In this document: positions 38,971 through 49,153 of the stretch, in pieces
Numbering within the stretch: position 1 is the first letter of the stretch
Layout of the letters: each line of letters starts with the position of its first letter
Assembly: GCA_964619555.1 (NCBI GenBank)
Contig: CAZUDV010000006.1
Span: 178,394 to 242,393 of the forward strand
Source of the DNA: an uncultured Bacteroidales bacterium
Lineage (GTDB): Bacteria > Bacteroidota > Bacteroidia > Bacteroidales > JAGOPY01
Direction of reading: 5' to 3'
DNA length: 64,000 bases
Notes under the pieces: generated by a model
The model's database searches: none
The model's input: the letters and a program-made list of their open reading frames with translations, nothing else
Told to the model about the DNA's origin: nothing
Position numbers and translations under genes: made by a program

Positions 38971-39393
38971 ATGCACCTGCTGACCTTTATCAAAGAGGAA
39001 AGATTATCCAAAAAAAAATCGATCGATAAGCTCTTTCGCGAAGGCTCCAGCTTTTACACCTACCCATTCAAGGTCTACTGGCTGGCCATTCCGCAGGAAA
39101 CCGACACTCCGTCACAAATCCTTGTAATGGTTGGCAAAAGAGCTTTCAAGCGTGCCGTCGACCGTAACCGGATCAGGAGGCAGATCAGGGAAATTTACAG
39201 GCACCATAAAACCGGATTCTACGAATTGCTTTCAGAACGGCGCATTAATTGCCTGCTATGCTTTATCTACACTTCCGGAAATATGCTGGAATACAAGGAT
39301 CTTGAGAAAAAAATAAAATCCGTTTTACGTCGTTTGGAAAATGAGATCGATTTGACATTGAACAATAATAACCGAATTTTGTCAATACAATAA
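38971..39393 (+). CDS. rnpA: ribonuclease P protein component
   Basis: Start moved to ATG 38971. Contains LSKKKSIDKLFREGSSF and the RNR motif region AVDRNRIRRQIRE. Confidence 0.8.
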   Translation: MHLLTFIKEERLSKKKSIDKLFREGSSFYTYPFKVYWLAIPQETDTPSQILVMVGKRAFKRAVDRNRIRRQIREIYRHHKTGFYELLSERRINCLLCFIYTSGNMLEYKDLEKKIKSVLRRLENEIDLTLNNNNRILSIQ

Positions 39394-39403
39394 ATAATTC
39401 ACT

Positions 39404-41077
39404 ATGAGACTCTCCGGGAAAATAATCACACTGACTGCCACCTTTATGATGGCCTGTTTCTCATGGCTTAACGCGCAGAATGATAATAACTTTGAAATCT
39501 CGAAAAACCTGGATATCTACGCTACACTGATGAAGGAGCTGGATAAAAACTATGCTGACCAGATCAATCCCGGTGAGCTGACGGAATCAGCCATAAATGC
39601 AATGCTGGAATCGCTCGATCCGTATACTGTTTTTATTCCGGAGTCAAACGCTGAGGATTATAAACTTATGACTACCGGACAATACGGTGGAATCGGAGCC
39701 CTCATTCACAAACAAGGCGATTATGTGGTTATTTCCGAACCGTACGAAGGGTTTCCCGCATACAAAGCCGGATTGCATGCCGGCGACAGAATCCTGGAAA
39801 TTAACGGTAAATCGATGCTGGACAAGGATTCGGATGAGGTTAGTGACATCCTGAAAGGCCAACCGGGAGTGGAACTTAAAATACTGGTACAACCTTATGG
39901 TTCAAATGACAAGAATTTAGTAAGTGTGATCCGGGAAGAGATCAAAATACCTAATATCCCCTATTTCGGAGTATTGCCCGGCGGGATTGCTTACATAAAG
40001 CTGATCAACTTCACACAAAATGCCGGTAACGAGGTTAAAAAAGCGTTCCTCGAAATGAAGGCAAATAATGAACTGAAAGGTGTCATTATTGACCTTCGGG
40101 GCAATGGAGGTGGGTTACTGAATGAAGCCGTGAATATAACCAATCTATTTGTGGATCAGAATCAACTGATCGTCAGCACAAAAGGGAAAGTAAGCGCCAG
40201 GAACCAGGACCATTACACCCGCTTCGCGCCTGTCGATAAAGAGATCCCGCTGGCCGTGCTGGTTGATGAAAGCAGCGCTTCTGCTTCGGAGATCGTCGCT
40301 GGTGCCATACAGGACCTGGACCGCGGTGTGATCATCGGACAAAAGACCTTTGGAAAAGGATTGGTGCAAAATGTCTTACCACTTTCGTATAATTCCCAGG
40401 TTAAAATTACCGTAGCTAAATACTACATCCCCAGCGGCAGGTGCATCCAGGAGATCGATTACTTCCATAAAGATGAAAACGGTGATTCGGAAAAGATTCC
40501 TGACTCACTGATCTCAGAATTCAAGACCAGAAACGGACGTTCGGTTTATGACGGCGGCGGTATAGACCCGGACATAGTCATGAAACCGTTTAAACTGAGT
40601 AAGCTGTCCCAGACATTGATCACCAAATATTTGCTGTTCGATTATGCCAATAAGTTCTTCCGGGAGCATGAGAGTATTACGCCTCCTGAAGAATTTGTGA
40701 TTTCTGACGAAATATTTACGGACCTTACCGAATTTCTGAAAGATAAAACATATGATTATCAGACAAACAGCGAGGAAAGCCTGGAAAAATTGAGGAAAGC
40801 TGCCGAAAAAGAAAATTATTTCGATGCCATTAAGCCTGATTATGAAGCGCTGAAGGCCAAGATCCTGCACGATAAGGATGCCGACCTCCTCACATACAAA
40901 GACGAGGTGAAGCTGTTGTTAAAAGATGAAATAGTAGCCCGGTATTATTACCAGACTGGCAGGATCATCTCGAGTTTAAATGACGATCCGGAGATAGCCA
41001 GGGCTATTGAAGTCCTTCAGGGTACGGATACCTACCTGGCCATCCTGGATGGCACCCTGAAACCGGGGAACGAATAG
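39404..41077 (+). CDS. S41 family C-terminal processing peptidase
   Basis: 557 aa. PDZ region (GLHAGDRILEINGK) and catalytic region (DLRGNGGG ... SASASEIVAGAIQD ... TFGKGLVQ). Confidence 0.9.
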   Translation: MRLSGKIITLTATFMMACFSWLNAQNDNNFEISKNLDIYATLMKELDKNYADQINPGELTESAINAMLESLDPYTVFIPESNAEDYKLMTTGQYGGIGALIHKQGDYVVISEPYEGFPAYKAGLHAGDRILEINGKSMLDKDSDEVSDILKGQPGVELKILVQPYGSNDKNLVSVIREEIKIPNIPYFGVLPGGIAYIKLINFTQNAGNEVKKAFLEMKANNELKGVIIDLRGNGGGLLNEAVNITNLFVDQNQLIVSTKGKVSARNQDHYTRFAPVDKEIPLAVLVDESSASASEIVAGAIQDLDRGVIIGQKTFGKGLVQNVLPLSYNSQVKITVAKYYIPSGRCIQEIDYFHKDENGDSEKIPDSLISEFKTRNGRSVYDGGGIDPDIVMKPFKLSKLSQTLITKYLLFDYANKFFREHESITPPEEFVISDEIFTDLTEFLKDKTYDYQTNSEESLEKLRKAAEKENYFDAIKPDYEALKAKILHDKDADLLTYKDEVKLLLKDEIVARYYYQTGRIISSLNDDPEIARAIEVLQGTDTYLAILDGTLKPGNE

Positions 41078-41103
41078 CGCTTTTTCGCCATATTCCGACT
41101 TAC

Positions 41104-41595
41104 ATGAATCTGAAAAAAATCATCCTTGTAATTGAAGAATACCCGGGAAAGGATTCCTTACCTGACCAGGACAGGCAACTGCTTGAAAATGCAATTGAAG
41201 CGAGCGATAAAGCTTATGCGCCCTATTCTTCATTCCGGGTCGGGGCAGCTGTCCGACTGGAAGACGGCCGGATATTCACCGGAAATAACCAGGAAAATGC
41301 CTCCTACCCATCGGGACTCTGCGCCGAAAGAGTTGCGGTGTTTTCAGCCCAGGCCCTGTTTCCCGGAAAAGCAATCGATTCCATAGCGATCTATGCCACT
41401 TCCGCAGAGTTCAGGCTGAAACACCCGGTAACCCCCTGTGGAGCATGCCGCCAGGTGATCGCGGAATATGAGCACCGCCATGACAGGAAGATCAGGATCA
41501 TTATGGGAAACGAAGCAGGTACGATTCAGGCTGTAAATGGCGTCGAAAATCTGCTCCCGCTGATGTTTTACCTCGAAGAATTGAAGAAACACTGA
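41104..41595 (+). CDS. cdd: cytidine deaminase
   Basis: 163 aa. Zinc motifs CAERVAVF and PCGACRQVIAEY. Confidence 0.9.
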   Translation: MNLKKIILVIEEYPGKDSLPDQDRQLLENAIEASDKAYAPYSSFRVGAAVRLEDGRIFTGNNQENASYPSGLCAERVAVFSAQALFPGKAIDSIAIYATSAEFRLKHPVTPCGACRQVIAEYEHRHDRKIRIIMGNEAGTIQAVNGVENLLPLMFYLEELKKH

Positions 41596-41606
41596 TACCA
41601 ACCGGA

Positions 41607-42005
41607 ATGCAGCTTATCTCCAATAAAATATGCAAAACCAGCGATATCGGGATCAACAATAACCTCTTTGGCGGTACTATGTTGTCATGGCTGGATGAAG
41701 CCGGGGGAACGATGGCCAGCCAGGTCTGTTGCACCCCCCAGATGATCACTCTGAAAATAGACGAGGTACTGTTCAAAAAACCGGTCAAGGTCAATGAACA
41801 TATCCGGATCTATGGGCGGGTGGATAGTATTGGCCATACCTCCATCAGTCTTTATCTGGAAGCGAGAAGGTTTAATTTTTCAAATCACGAGGAAGAAACG
41901 GTCTGCTCGACAAAAGCTATATTTGTCCGGATAGATCACAAGGGGGAACCGGTTGAAATTGACCACAGTATCAGGAAAAATTATCATCAAAAAATAAATG
42001 AATGA
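41607..42005 (+). CDS. acyl-CoA thioesterase (hotdog fold)
   Basis: 132 aa. Contains NNNLFGGTMLSWLDEAGG. It is a paralog of the 20373 gene by family only. Confidence 0.75.
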   Translation: MQLISNKICKTSDIGINNNLFGGTMLSWLDEAGGTMASQVCCTPQMITLKIDEVLFKKPVKVNEHIRIYGRVDSIGHTSISLYLEARRFNFSNHEEETVCSTKAIFVRIDHKGEPVEIDHSIRKNYHQKINE

Positions 42006-42874
42006 ATAAAAGACTTTTCTGGGTAATGATCATATTCCTAACCGGCATGGCAATGAAATCGGATAAACCTGCCTACCAGTTCTTTGATGCCAAATCAAAA
42101 AAAGCAGATTACCGGGATGTATTAAAAGCCGCCATGCAATCCGATATCGTCTTTTTCGGAGAAATGCACAATTCACCGATTTGCCACTGGCTGCAGTTGG
42201 AGCTCACCAAGGATCTGTATCAGGAAAAGAAGGAAAGCCTGGTTCTGGGCGCTGAAATGTTCGAATCAGACAATCAGTTGCTTTTAGATGAATACCTGTC
42301 AGGCAAAATCAAAGAAAAGAACTTTGAAGAAGAGGCCAGGCTTTGGAAGAATTATAAAACCGATTATAAGCCCCTTGTCCGGTTTGCCCTTGACAATAAT
42401 CTGAAGTTCGTGGCGACAAATGTCCCCAGAAGGTATGCAGCATTGGTGAACAGTAAGGGATTTGATGCCTTGGACGATTTATCGCCTGAAGCCAAATCGC
42501 TCCTTCCCCCATTACCTATCCCTTATGATGGAGAACTTAACGGCTATAAAAGCATGGTTGAAATGATGCGAAGCATGGACAGTACCCACGCTACCGATAA
42601 CATTGCCAGGGCCCAGGCTCTGAAAGATGCAACCATGGCCCATTTCATCCTTCAGAACTGGCAAGGTGGGCAATTGTTCCTTCACTTTAACGGCACCTAT
42701 CACAGCGAGAATTTTGAAGGCATCGTCTGGTACATCAAACAGGCTGATCCGGAAATCAAAGTGTTGACCATTGCATCAGCCGAACAGGAGGATCTCGACT
42801 CATTATCCGGAGAAAGCAAAGGGATTGCGGATTTTATCCTGTGCATTCCGACGGATATGACTAAAACCAACTAA
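42002..42874 (+). CDS. ChaN-family (haem-binding uptake, Tiki superfamily) lipoprotein-like protein
   Basis: 290 aa. Contains DIVFFGEMHNSPICHW ... GAEMFESDNQ ... and its start overlaps the upstream stop (ATGAATGA). Confidence 0.7.
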   Translation: MNKRLFWVMIIFLTGMAMKSDKPAYQFFDAKSKKADYRDVLKAAMQSDIVFFGEMHNSPICHWLQLELTKDLYQEKKESLVLGAEMFESDNQLLLDEYLSGKIKEKNFEEEARLWKNYKTDYKPLVRFALDNNLKFVATNVPRRYAALVNSKGFDALDDLSPEAKSLLPPLPIPYDGELNGYKSMVEMMRSMDSTHATDNIARAQALKDATMAHFILQNWQGGQLFLHFNGTYHSENFEGIVWYIKQADPEIKVLTIASAEQEDLDSLSGESKGIADFILCIPTDMTKTN

Positions 42875-42877
42875 CTG

Positions 42878-43645
42878 ATGATTTCCAGAAATCGACTTAA
42901 ATACCTTCATTCGCTGCGATTAAAGAAATTCCGTGAATTGAACGGCGCATTTTTGGTTGAAGGCGTTAAAATAGTTGATGAACTCCTGCATAGCAACTTT
43001 AAGATACTCGAAATTCTCGGAACCTCAGCCTGGAGAGCAAAATATAACGATTTGGTTGAAACCGGCCGGTTTTCGTTTCATGAGATTTCGGAAAAGGATC
43101 TGGAAACAGCTTCTAATCTCACTTCACCTAATGAGGTGATAGCAGTGGTGGAAATACCTGAAAAATCATCTGAGGAGACCGGTCTATCCGGGAACATAGT
43201 CCTGATCCTGGATAAAATTCAGGATCCCGGCAACCTGGGCACAATGATCCGGACAGCCGATTGGTTCGGTATCAGAAATATACTTTGTTCTGACGATACG
43301 GCAGATGTTTACAATCCAAAAGTGATCCAGGCGACGATGGGTTCGGTTTTCAGGGTAAACATTCGATATGGTGACATTGCTGCTTTTATAGACAACGACC
43401 TTTCTGGCTGGTACATTTATGGAACTTCTGCTGAGGGAGCGGACCTGTACGGTTCAGAGACAGGTTTTCCTGCCGCAGTTATCATAGGAAATGAATCACA
43501 GGGGATTTCCGCAAAGCTGTTGTCAAAAGTGAACCTGAACCTGGCGATCCCGGCCTCTTCCGGAACAACAGAATCGCTCAATGCGGCTGTAGCGACCGGC
43601 ATTTTTTGTGCTGAATTTACCAGAAGATTGAACCTTCAGCTTTAA
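42878..43645 (+). CDS. TrmH/SpoU family RNA 2'-O-methyltransferase
   Basis: 255 aa. Contains LDKIQDPGNLGTMIRTADWFG, IIGNESQGIS and ESLNAAVATGI. Confidence 0.85.
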   Translation: MISRNRLKYLHSLRLKKFRELNGAFLVEGVKIVDELLHSNFKILEILGTSAWRAKYNDLVETGRFSFHEISEKDLETASNLTSPNEVIAVVEIPEKSSEETGLSGNIVLILDKIQDPGNLGTMIRTADWFGIRNILCSDDTADVYNPKVIQATMGSVFRVNIRYGDIAAFIDNDLSGWYIYGTSAEGADLYGSETGFPAAVIIGNESQGISAKLLSKVNLNLAIPASSGTTESLNAAVATGIFCAEFTRRLNLQL

Positions 43646-43701
43646 TTTTGGTTTTTTTAAATGAATGTAACTCAACACGCACCACCAAACTCTCAACGAA
43701 T

Positions 43702-43893
43702 ATGCTGTTCCAGGTACTTATTGTTTCGATCGTTTTAGTTGGCATTGCTTTCGCCGGTTTTGCCATAAAAATGTTCTTTTCGAAGACTGCAGAATTCAAA
43801 AAAAGCTGTTCCAGCATAGATCCCGCAACCGGCAAGCCCTATGGATGTTCTTGCGGCAACGGGGATGGTGGGGAATATTGCGAGAACAAATAG
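43702..43893 (+). CDS. nqrM: NqrM-like (DUF539-type) Na+-NQR maturation miniprotein candidate
   Basis: 63 aa from ATG 43702. One TM helix (MLFQVLIVSIVLVGIAFAGFAI) followed by exactly four Cys (SCSSIDPATGKPYGCSCGNGDGGEYC). It sits next to apbE-nqrFEDCBA. Confidence 0.55.
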   Translation: MLFQVLIVSIVLVGIAFAGFAIKMFFSKTAEFKKSCSSIDPATGKPYGCSCGNGDGGEYCENK

Positions 43894-43934
43894 GCAGTGG
43901 CTGGCCTGACAGGAGGCATTCGGGCTGGCTGACG

Positions 43935-44942
43935 CTATTCGGGGTCCACAATAATTGCCTCAAATCCTTTCGTGGCAATAGTCTTATACAATCCTTCCCC
44001 GGACGATATTATGAAGAACGCGTCCAAACCGGGATTGCGGGCAATATATTCTACCGCTTTCTCATGACCCATTACCATAAAAGCCGTCGCGTACCCGTCC
44101 GCTGTCGAACATTCGGAAGCAAGGACCGTCACACTCAGCAAACCATGCTGAACAGGATATCCGGTTGCCGGGTCAATGGTATGTGAATATCTCTGACCAT
44201 TCTCCACCCTGTATTTTCTGTAACTCCCGCTGGTGGATACAGCCATATTGGTCAGTTTGATCCGGGTATTTATGGTTCTTTCCGACAGGCTGTCGGTTGC
44301 CGGGTTCTCAATCCCCACCAGCCAAGCACTTCCATCGGGTTTCTGCCCTTTGCCGATCACTTCACCACCAATATCCACCAGATAATTTTCTATTCCCCGG
44401 CCCGATAAGAACCTGCCCAGCAGATCCACCGCATAACCCTGTGCAATGGCATTAAAATCAAATTGTATCCCCGGTTTGTCTTTGATTATTTTCCCATCAG
44501 TCATTCTTACCTGGCGGTAATCGACCAGCATTTTCAAACTGTCAATCTTTGCCGGATCCAGGGGTATTTTATTTCTGAAGCCAAATCCCCAGGCATTGAC
44601 AAGGGGTCCAACGGTAAAATCAAATGCCCCGCTGGTGTTTTCCGAGATGATCCTGGCTCTTTGAAAGATATCCGAGAACCATTCATCCGGTATGGCGGTT
44701 GAATCCCCATTATTGATCCGGGATATGATGGATCCAGGTTTCCACATGGAAACCGATAAGTCGAACTGGTTCAGGATCGAATCCACTTGCGGTTGAAAGT
44801 TTCTTCCCTGCCGGTCAAAATAGGTAATGGCATAATAGGTTCCCTGGGTTTCCCCCTGAAAACAGATCTTTTCAGGCTCTTCAGTACATGAAAAAAGAGA
44901 AAGGGCCAATAGGGCCAGCAGGGCTTTCAGCAGATTTTGCAT
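43935..44942 (-). CDS. apbE: FAD:protein FMN transferase ApbE
   Basis: 335 aa with a lipoprotein-like signal ending in LFSC. Contains AFDFTVGPLVNAWGFG, NAIAQGYAVD and VSTSGSY. Confidence 0.9.
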   Translation of the reverse strand: MQNLLKALLALLALSLFSCTEEPEKICFQGETQGTYYAITYFDRQGRNFQPQVDSILNQFDLSVSMWKPGSIISRINNGDSTAIPDEWFSDIFQRARIISENTSGAFDFTVGPLVNAWGFGFRNKIPLDPAKIDSLKMLVDYRQVRMTDGKIIKDKPGIQFDFNAIAQGYAVDLLGRFLSGRGIENYLVDIGGEVIGKGQKPDGSAWLVGIENPATDSLSERTINTRIKLTNMAVSTSGSYRKYRVENGQRYSHTIDPATGYPVQHGLLSVTVLASECSTADGYATAFMVMGHEKAVEYIARNPGLDAFFIISSGEGLYKTIATKGFEAIIVDPE

Positions 44943-44951
44943 GACAAGTAT

Positions 44952-45746
44952 TTAAAACCTGTAGCTGATATTCATTCCAAAATGGCCGGTTGGCATGACC
45001 ACATTGCTGTAATAATCAGCATCCGGGAAATACCTGATCCCGACGCTCAGGATGGCAGCTATGCTGAAATTTTTAACAGGCGTAAAACGAATGCCATTGT
45101 CGACCATGTACTTGGTATAAACTCCTTCGTTATCGTACTCCTCATCATAAAGCCAGTTGCCATTCTCGTCATAGACATAACCCCAGTAAGTTTGTTTTCC
45201 ATACCCGATCAGCACTTTAGGCCCCACAAAATATCGCCATTTACCTTGTCCTCCCGGATAAAAATTGACTCCAACACCTGAAAAGAACAGGTTCTTAACC
45301 CAATTCTCATTGGCGTCAAAATAATCGAAATTATAGGCATAGCCGAATCCGGCCGGAATATGGATACCGACAATTCCTTTTGCAATAATTCTTTCATAGG
45401 ATAAGGTAACATCTCCATAGAAGACATCCAGCACATGATAGTTCAGGATATTTTTAGTGTAATCTTCTGAAATCCCGGTATGTGCCATTGCCTTGTGGGC
45501 GGGTTCATCCTGAAACATATCGTAATCCCCGTTCTCATAGGTTATTAAGACAATCTTGTCCTTGTCGATGATATACACCGGCCCGTCGAGATTTTTGAAC
45601 TTTTTATATTGCACTTCATCGTCGCCAATGAAGACCACTTTAGCCTCTTCTTTGGATCCGTCAGTCTTATAAATGACATCCTGGGCAAATAGTTTAAATC
45701 CGGAGGCTACCAAAAGAATTACGGCTAACAGGGATAATTTTTTCAT
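44952..45746 (-). CDS. outer-membrane beta-barrel hypothetical protein
   Basis: 264 aa. Signal peptide MKKLSLLAVILLVASGFKLFAQ, aromatic-rich strands, and C-terminus NISYRF. Confidence 0.55.
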   Translation of the reverse strand: MKKLSLLAVILLVASGFKLFAQDVIYKTDGSKEEAKVVFIGDDEVQYKKFKNLDGPVYIIDKDKIVLITYENGDYDMFQDEPAHKAMAHTGISEDYTKNILNYHVLDVFYGDVTLSYERIIAKGIVGIHIPAGFGYAYNFDYFDANENWVKNLFFSGVGVNFYPGGQGKWRYFVGPKVLIGYGKQTYWGYVYDENGNWLYDEEYDNEGVYTKYMVDNGIRFTPVKNFSIAAILSVGIRYFPDADYYSNVVMPTGHFGMNISYRF

Positions 45747-45813
45747 GATAGGTGGTTTTATTTTGTTAACTATTTAACAAATATAGTGCCGAAATAGTAG
45801 GGTATATCTCCGA

Positions 45814-47058
45814 TTATCCTCCAAAATCGTCGAATGCGATCATCTCCTCCGGCACGCCGAAATCATCCAGCATTTTCAGTACAGCCTGGTTCATCATGGG
45901 AGGGCCGCACAGGTAATACTCAATCTCCTCAGGCTCAGGATGTGTTTTGAGGTAATTATCGATGATCACCTGGTGGATAAAGCCGGTATAACCGGTCCAA
46001 TTGTCTTCAGGTTTTGGCTCCGAAAGGGCGATATGGAATTTGAAATTCGGGTTGTTCTTTTCAATTTCCTGGAATTCTTCCACGTAGAATAATTCCCTCA
46101 AAGATCGTCCGCCATACCAGAACGTAGCTTTCCGGTCCGTATGCCTGGTTTTGAACTGGTCGAAAATATGGGACCGCATGGGGGCCATACCTGCTCCTCC
46201 CCCGATGAACATCATCTCCCGCCTGGTATCCTTGATGAAGAATTCGCCATAAGGTCCGGAAACGTTGACCTTATCGCCGGGTTTAAGGGAAAAAATAAAA
46301 GAAGAGCAGATACCCGGATTGACTTTCATAAATCCGCCGCTTTTCCTATCGAAAGGAGGAGTGGCGATCCGGACATTCAGCATGATGATGTTTCCTTCTG
46401 CAGGCTGGTTAGCCATGGAGTAAGCCCTGAATATGGGTTCGGTGTTTTTCATCTTCAGATCCCACATTTTATACTTATCCCATTCATCCCTGTATTCTTC
46501 CTCGATGATTATATCTTTATAATTCACCTCACAGGGGGGCACATCGATCTGGATATAGCCGCCAGATTTAAATTCAAGATGCTCACCTTCAGGAAGTTTT
46601 ACTTTAAATTCTTTAATGAAGGTTGCAACATTATGGTTTGAAATAACTTCGCATTCCCATTTCTTGATACCGAAAATATGCGGGTCAACCTGGATTTTCA
46701 GGTTTTCGCGGACTTTTACCTGGCATCCGAGGCGCCAGTAGTTCTGTTGTTCTTTCCTTGTGAAATAACCTGTCTCGGTGGGAAGAATACTTCCGCCGCC
46801 TTCGATGACCTGGCATTTACACATAGCGCAGGTACCGCCCCCACCGCAGGCAGAAGGCAGGTAAATGCCGCTGTTGGACAGTGTGGATAACAGTGATGAA
46901 CCCGGAGCCACTTCCAGTTCTTTATCGTCGTTTATGACTATTTTGACATTCCCCTGGGGAAGAAGTTTTTTCCTTGCATAAAGCAGCATCCACACTAAAA
47001 GGAGTATGATGACAAGGAAGACGACAATACTGACTGCGATGACAAATCCTGTACTCAT
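45814..47058 (-). CDS. nqrF: Na+-translocating NADH:quinone reductase subunit F
   Basis: 414 aa. N-terminal TM helix, 2Fe-2S motif ([12 protein letters not shown]), and FAD/NADH domains ([15 protein letters not shown]). Confidence 0.95.
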   Translation of the reverse strand: MSTGFVIAVSIVVFLVIILLLVWMLLYARKKLLPQGNVKIVINDDKELEVAPGSSLLSTLSNSGIYLPSACGGGGTCAMCKCQVIEGGGSILPTETGYFTRKEQQNYWRLGCQVKVRENLKIQVDPHIFGIKKWECEVISNHNVATFIKEFKVKLPEGEHLEFKSGGYIQIDVPPCEVNYKDIIIEEEYRDEWDKYKMWDLKMKNTEPIFRAYSMANQPAEGNIIMLNVRIATPPFDRKSGGFMKVNPGICSSFIFSLKPGDKVNVSGPYGEFFIKDTRREMMFIGGGAGMAPMRSHIFDQFKTRHTDRKATFWYGGRSLRELFYVEEFQEIEKNNPNFKFHIALSEPKPEDNWTGYTGFIHQVIIDNYLKTHPEPEEIEYYLCGPPMMNQAVLKMLDDFGVPEEMIAFDDFGG

Positions 47059-47081
47059 AGTATGATGGTTGAATACAATGT

Positions 47082-47699
47082 TTACAATTTAATACCTAAG
47101 AACGACATAAATGCCAGGGCCATCAGGCCTGTAAGAATGAATGAAATCCCAAGGCCTCTCAGGGGTGCCGGAATCTGGGAATACCTGATTTTCTCCCTGA
47201 TGGCGGCAATGCTGATAATTGCAACCGCCCAACCAACTCCAGAGCCGGCGCCGAACACGGTGGCATGAAGCAGGGAAGGGTACTCCCGTTCCTGCATGAA
47301 CAGCGATCCCCCAAGTATAGCGCAGTTGACAGCAATCAAGGGCAGGAAAATACCCAGTGAATTGTACAAGGAGGGAGAAAATTTCTCGATGATCATTTCT
47401 ACCAGTTGAACCATGGCAGCAATGGTGGCAATAAACAACAGAAAGCTAAGGAAATTCAGATCCATTCCTGCCAGTTTTGGCGAGATCCAGCTCAATGCAC
47501 CCGGTGCCAGCAGATAATTAAAAATTATATAGTTGACCGGAACCGTGATGGTTTCCACGAAAATTACGGCTACTCCAAGTCCGATGGCGGTCTTCACTGA
47601 TTTGGATACCGCAAGATAGGAGCACATACCCAGGAAGAAAGCAAAGACCATATTATCGATGAATATGGACTTAACAAACAGATTTAGATATTCTTGCAT
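47082..47699 (-). CDS. nqrE: Na+-NQR subunit E
   Basis: 205 aa membrane protein. N-terminus [21 protein letters not shown]. Operon position fits. Confidence 0.95.
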   Translation of the reverse strand: MQEYLNLFVKSIFIDNMVFAFFLGMCSYLAVSKSVKTAIGLGVAVIFVETITVPVNYIIFNYLLAPGALSWISPKLAGMDLNFLSFLLFIATIAAMVQLVEMIIEKFSPSLYNSLGIFLPLIAVNCAILGGSLFMQEREYPSLLHATVFGAGSGVGWAVAIISIAAIREKIRYSQIPAPLRGLGISFILTGLMALAFMSFLGIKL

Positions 47700-47726
47700 T
47701 TTTCTTCAGTTTTAAGGATCGGTGAA

Positions 47727-48377
47727 TCAGCTTTTATCAATCAATTCACGGGACCTGGAACGCTGGATCCAGATGATGGCTCCGACAATGATCAGGGCCA
47801 TGGGAGGCAATATGACCAAACCGTTGTTCTTATAGCCTAAATCGTACATAAACTGAGGCATGACCGGGTATCCCCAAAGCGTGCCGGAGCCAAAGAATTC
47901 TCTGATGATTCCCATTGCTATCAATATCCAGCTGTAACCCAGCCCGTTGCCAATCCCGTCGAGGAATGACTGCCAGGGTTTGTTGCTCATGGCAAAAGCT
48001 TCCAGACGTCCCATCAGGATACAGTTGGTGATGATCAATCCCACGAAAACCGACAATTGACGGCTGACATCATAAACATAGGCTTTCAGCAACTGGTCAA
48101 CTACAATGACCAGGGCTGCTACAACCGTCAATTGAACTATGATCCTGATCCTGGGTGGTATTCCATTCCGGATCAGTGAAATGACCAGGTTGGAGAAAGC
48201 TGTTACGATGACCACGGATAAAGCCATCACGAAAGCCGGTTTTAATTTGGCAGTAACCGCCAGGGCTGAACAGATTCCCAATACCTGTACTGTAATGGGA
48301 TTGTCGATATTCAGCGGATTGGTGATCAGCTTTCGGTTTTTTGCAGAAAACAGGGATGTTTTCTCCTTGGATTCCAT
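47727..48377 (-). CDS. nqrD: Na+-NQR subunit D
   Basis: 216 aa membrane protein. Contains NPITVQVLGICSALAVT. Operon position fits. Confidence 0.95.
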   Translation of the reverse strand: MESKEKTSLFSAKNRKLITNPLNIDNPITVQVLGICSALAVTAKLKPAFVMALSVVIVTAFSNLVISLIRNGIPPRIRIIVQLTVVAALVIVVDQLLKAYVYDVSRQLSVFVGLIITNCILMGRLEAFAMSNKPWQSFLDGIGNGLGYSWILIAMGIIREFFGSGTLWGYPVMPQFMYDLGYKNNGLVILPPMALIIVGAIIWIQRSRSRELIDKS

Positions 48378-48382
48378 ATTTA

Positions 48383-49123
48383 TTATTGTTTATGTTTCTG
48401 AATATAAGGAAGATAATTCTCAAGGTTGCTCTGGATCATCTCCGATACCCCATTGCTGGTGATCGTACCGCCTGAGATAGCATCTACCCCATGAACCAGT
48501 GCATCCCCGGTAAGGATTTTGGAAGCTCCTTTCAATACTTTGATGGAGGTAAAATTTCCACCGGAATCGAATATCTTTTTCCCGACAAATTGTGATTCGA
48601 ATTGCGGAAGCTCGATCTCTGCTCCAAGCCCAGGTGTCTCCTTGTCATGTCCAAACTGAGATCCTCCGACCGTATTCAGGTCTTCCTCCAATGCAAGATT
48701 GCCGTAGATCTGCCCCCAAAGTCCCCTCCCTTGCAAGGGAAAAATATAAAACTTCTTTCCGTTTACATTTGCAATATATAACGGAAGAATATATTCTTTG
48801 CCTTTAGATTTATTGTATAATTCTTCTTTCAGGTTAATATCAAATGCCCTGATTTCGCCTTTTTCAAGCTTTCCGTTTCGGTAAACCCCGATCACTTCAC
48901 CTTCGTCGGAAATCACTTCCTCCTCAGTGACATATTGGCTGAACAGGTCGATGGCATTTTCCGGCGTCGCTTCTATATTAGCCGATTCCAGGATGAATCG
49001 CATCCGGGCTATGGCAACATTTTTATCCTGCGCCGGTTTCAGCAGCATGGCGACAGCCGAGAGGACGGCTGCGACCAGTATCACCATTATGGCTGCATAT
49101 CGGAATATATAGGAATCACTCAT
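48383..49123 (-). CDS. nqrC: Na+-NQR subunit C
   Basis: 246 aa. Single TM helix and the FMN-attachment context DAISGGTITS. Confidence 0.95.
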   Translation of the reverse strand: MSDSYIFRYAAIMVILVAAVLSAVAMLLKPAQDKNVAIARMRFILESANIEATPENAIDLFSQYVTEEEVISDEGEVIGVYRNGKLEKGEIRAFDINLKEELYNKSKGKEYILPLYIANVNGKKFYIFPLQGRGLWGQIYGNLALEEDLNTVGGSQFGHDKETPGLGAEIELPQFESQFVGKKIFDSGGNFTSIKVLKGASKILTGDALVHGVDAISGGTITSNGVSEMIQSNLENYLPYIQKHKQ

Positions 49124-49153
49124 ATCTTGCAGTTTTATTCCGTTAAATTGAAA

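Noticed and set aside
39010-39018. A9 runs in rnpA (39010-39018) and the anti-sigma-like gene (23829-23837) considered as programmed slippage sites
   Set aside because: They simply encode KKK, and there is no precedent for functional frameshifting in these genes. They are noted only as a caveat for the dnaX A10 tract.
20373-42005. The two hotdog thioesterase genes (20373-20786 and 41607-42005) considered as a recent duplication
   Set aside because: They share only family-level motifs (FGG...WMDE / WLDE). There is no nucleotide-level repeat.
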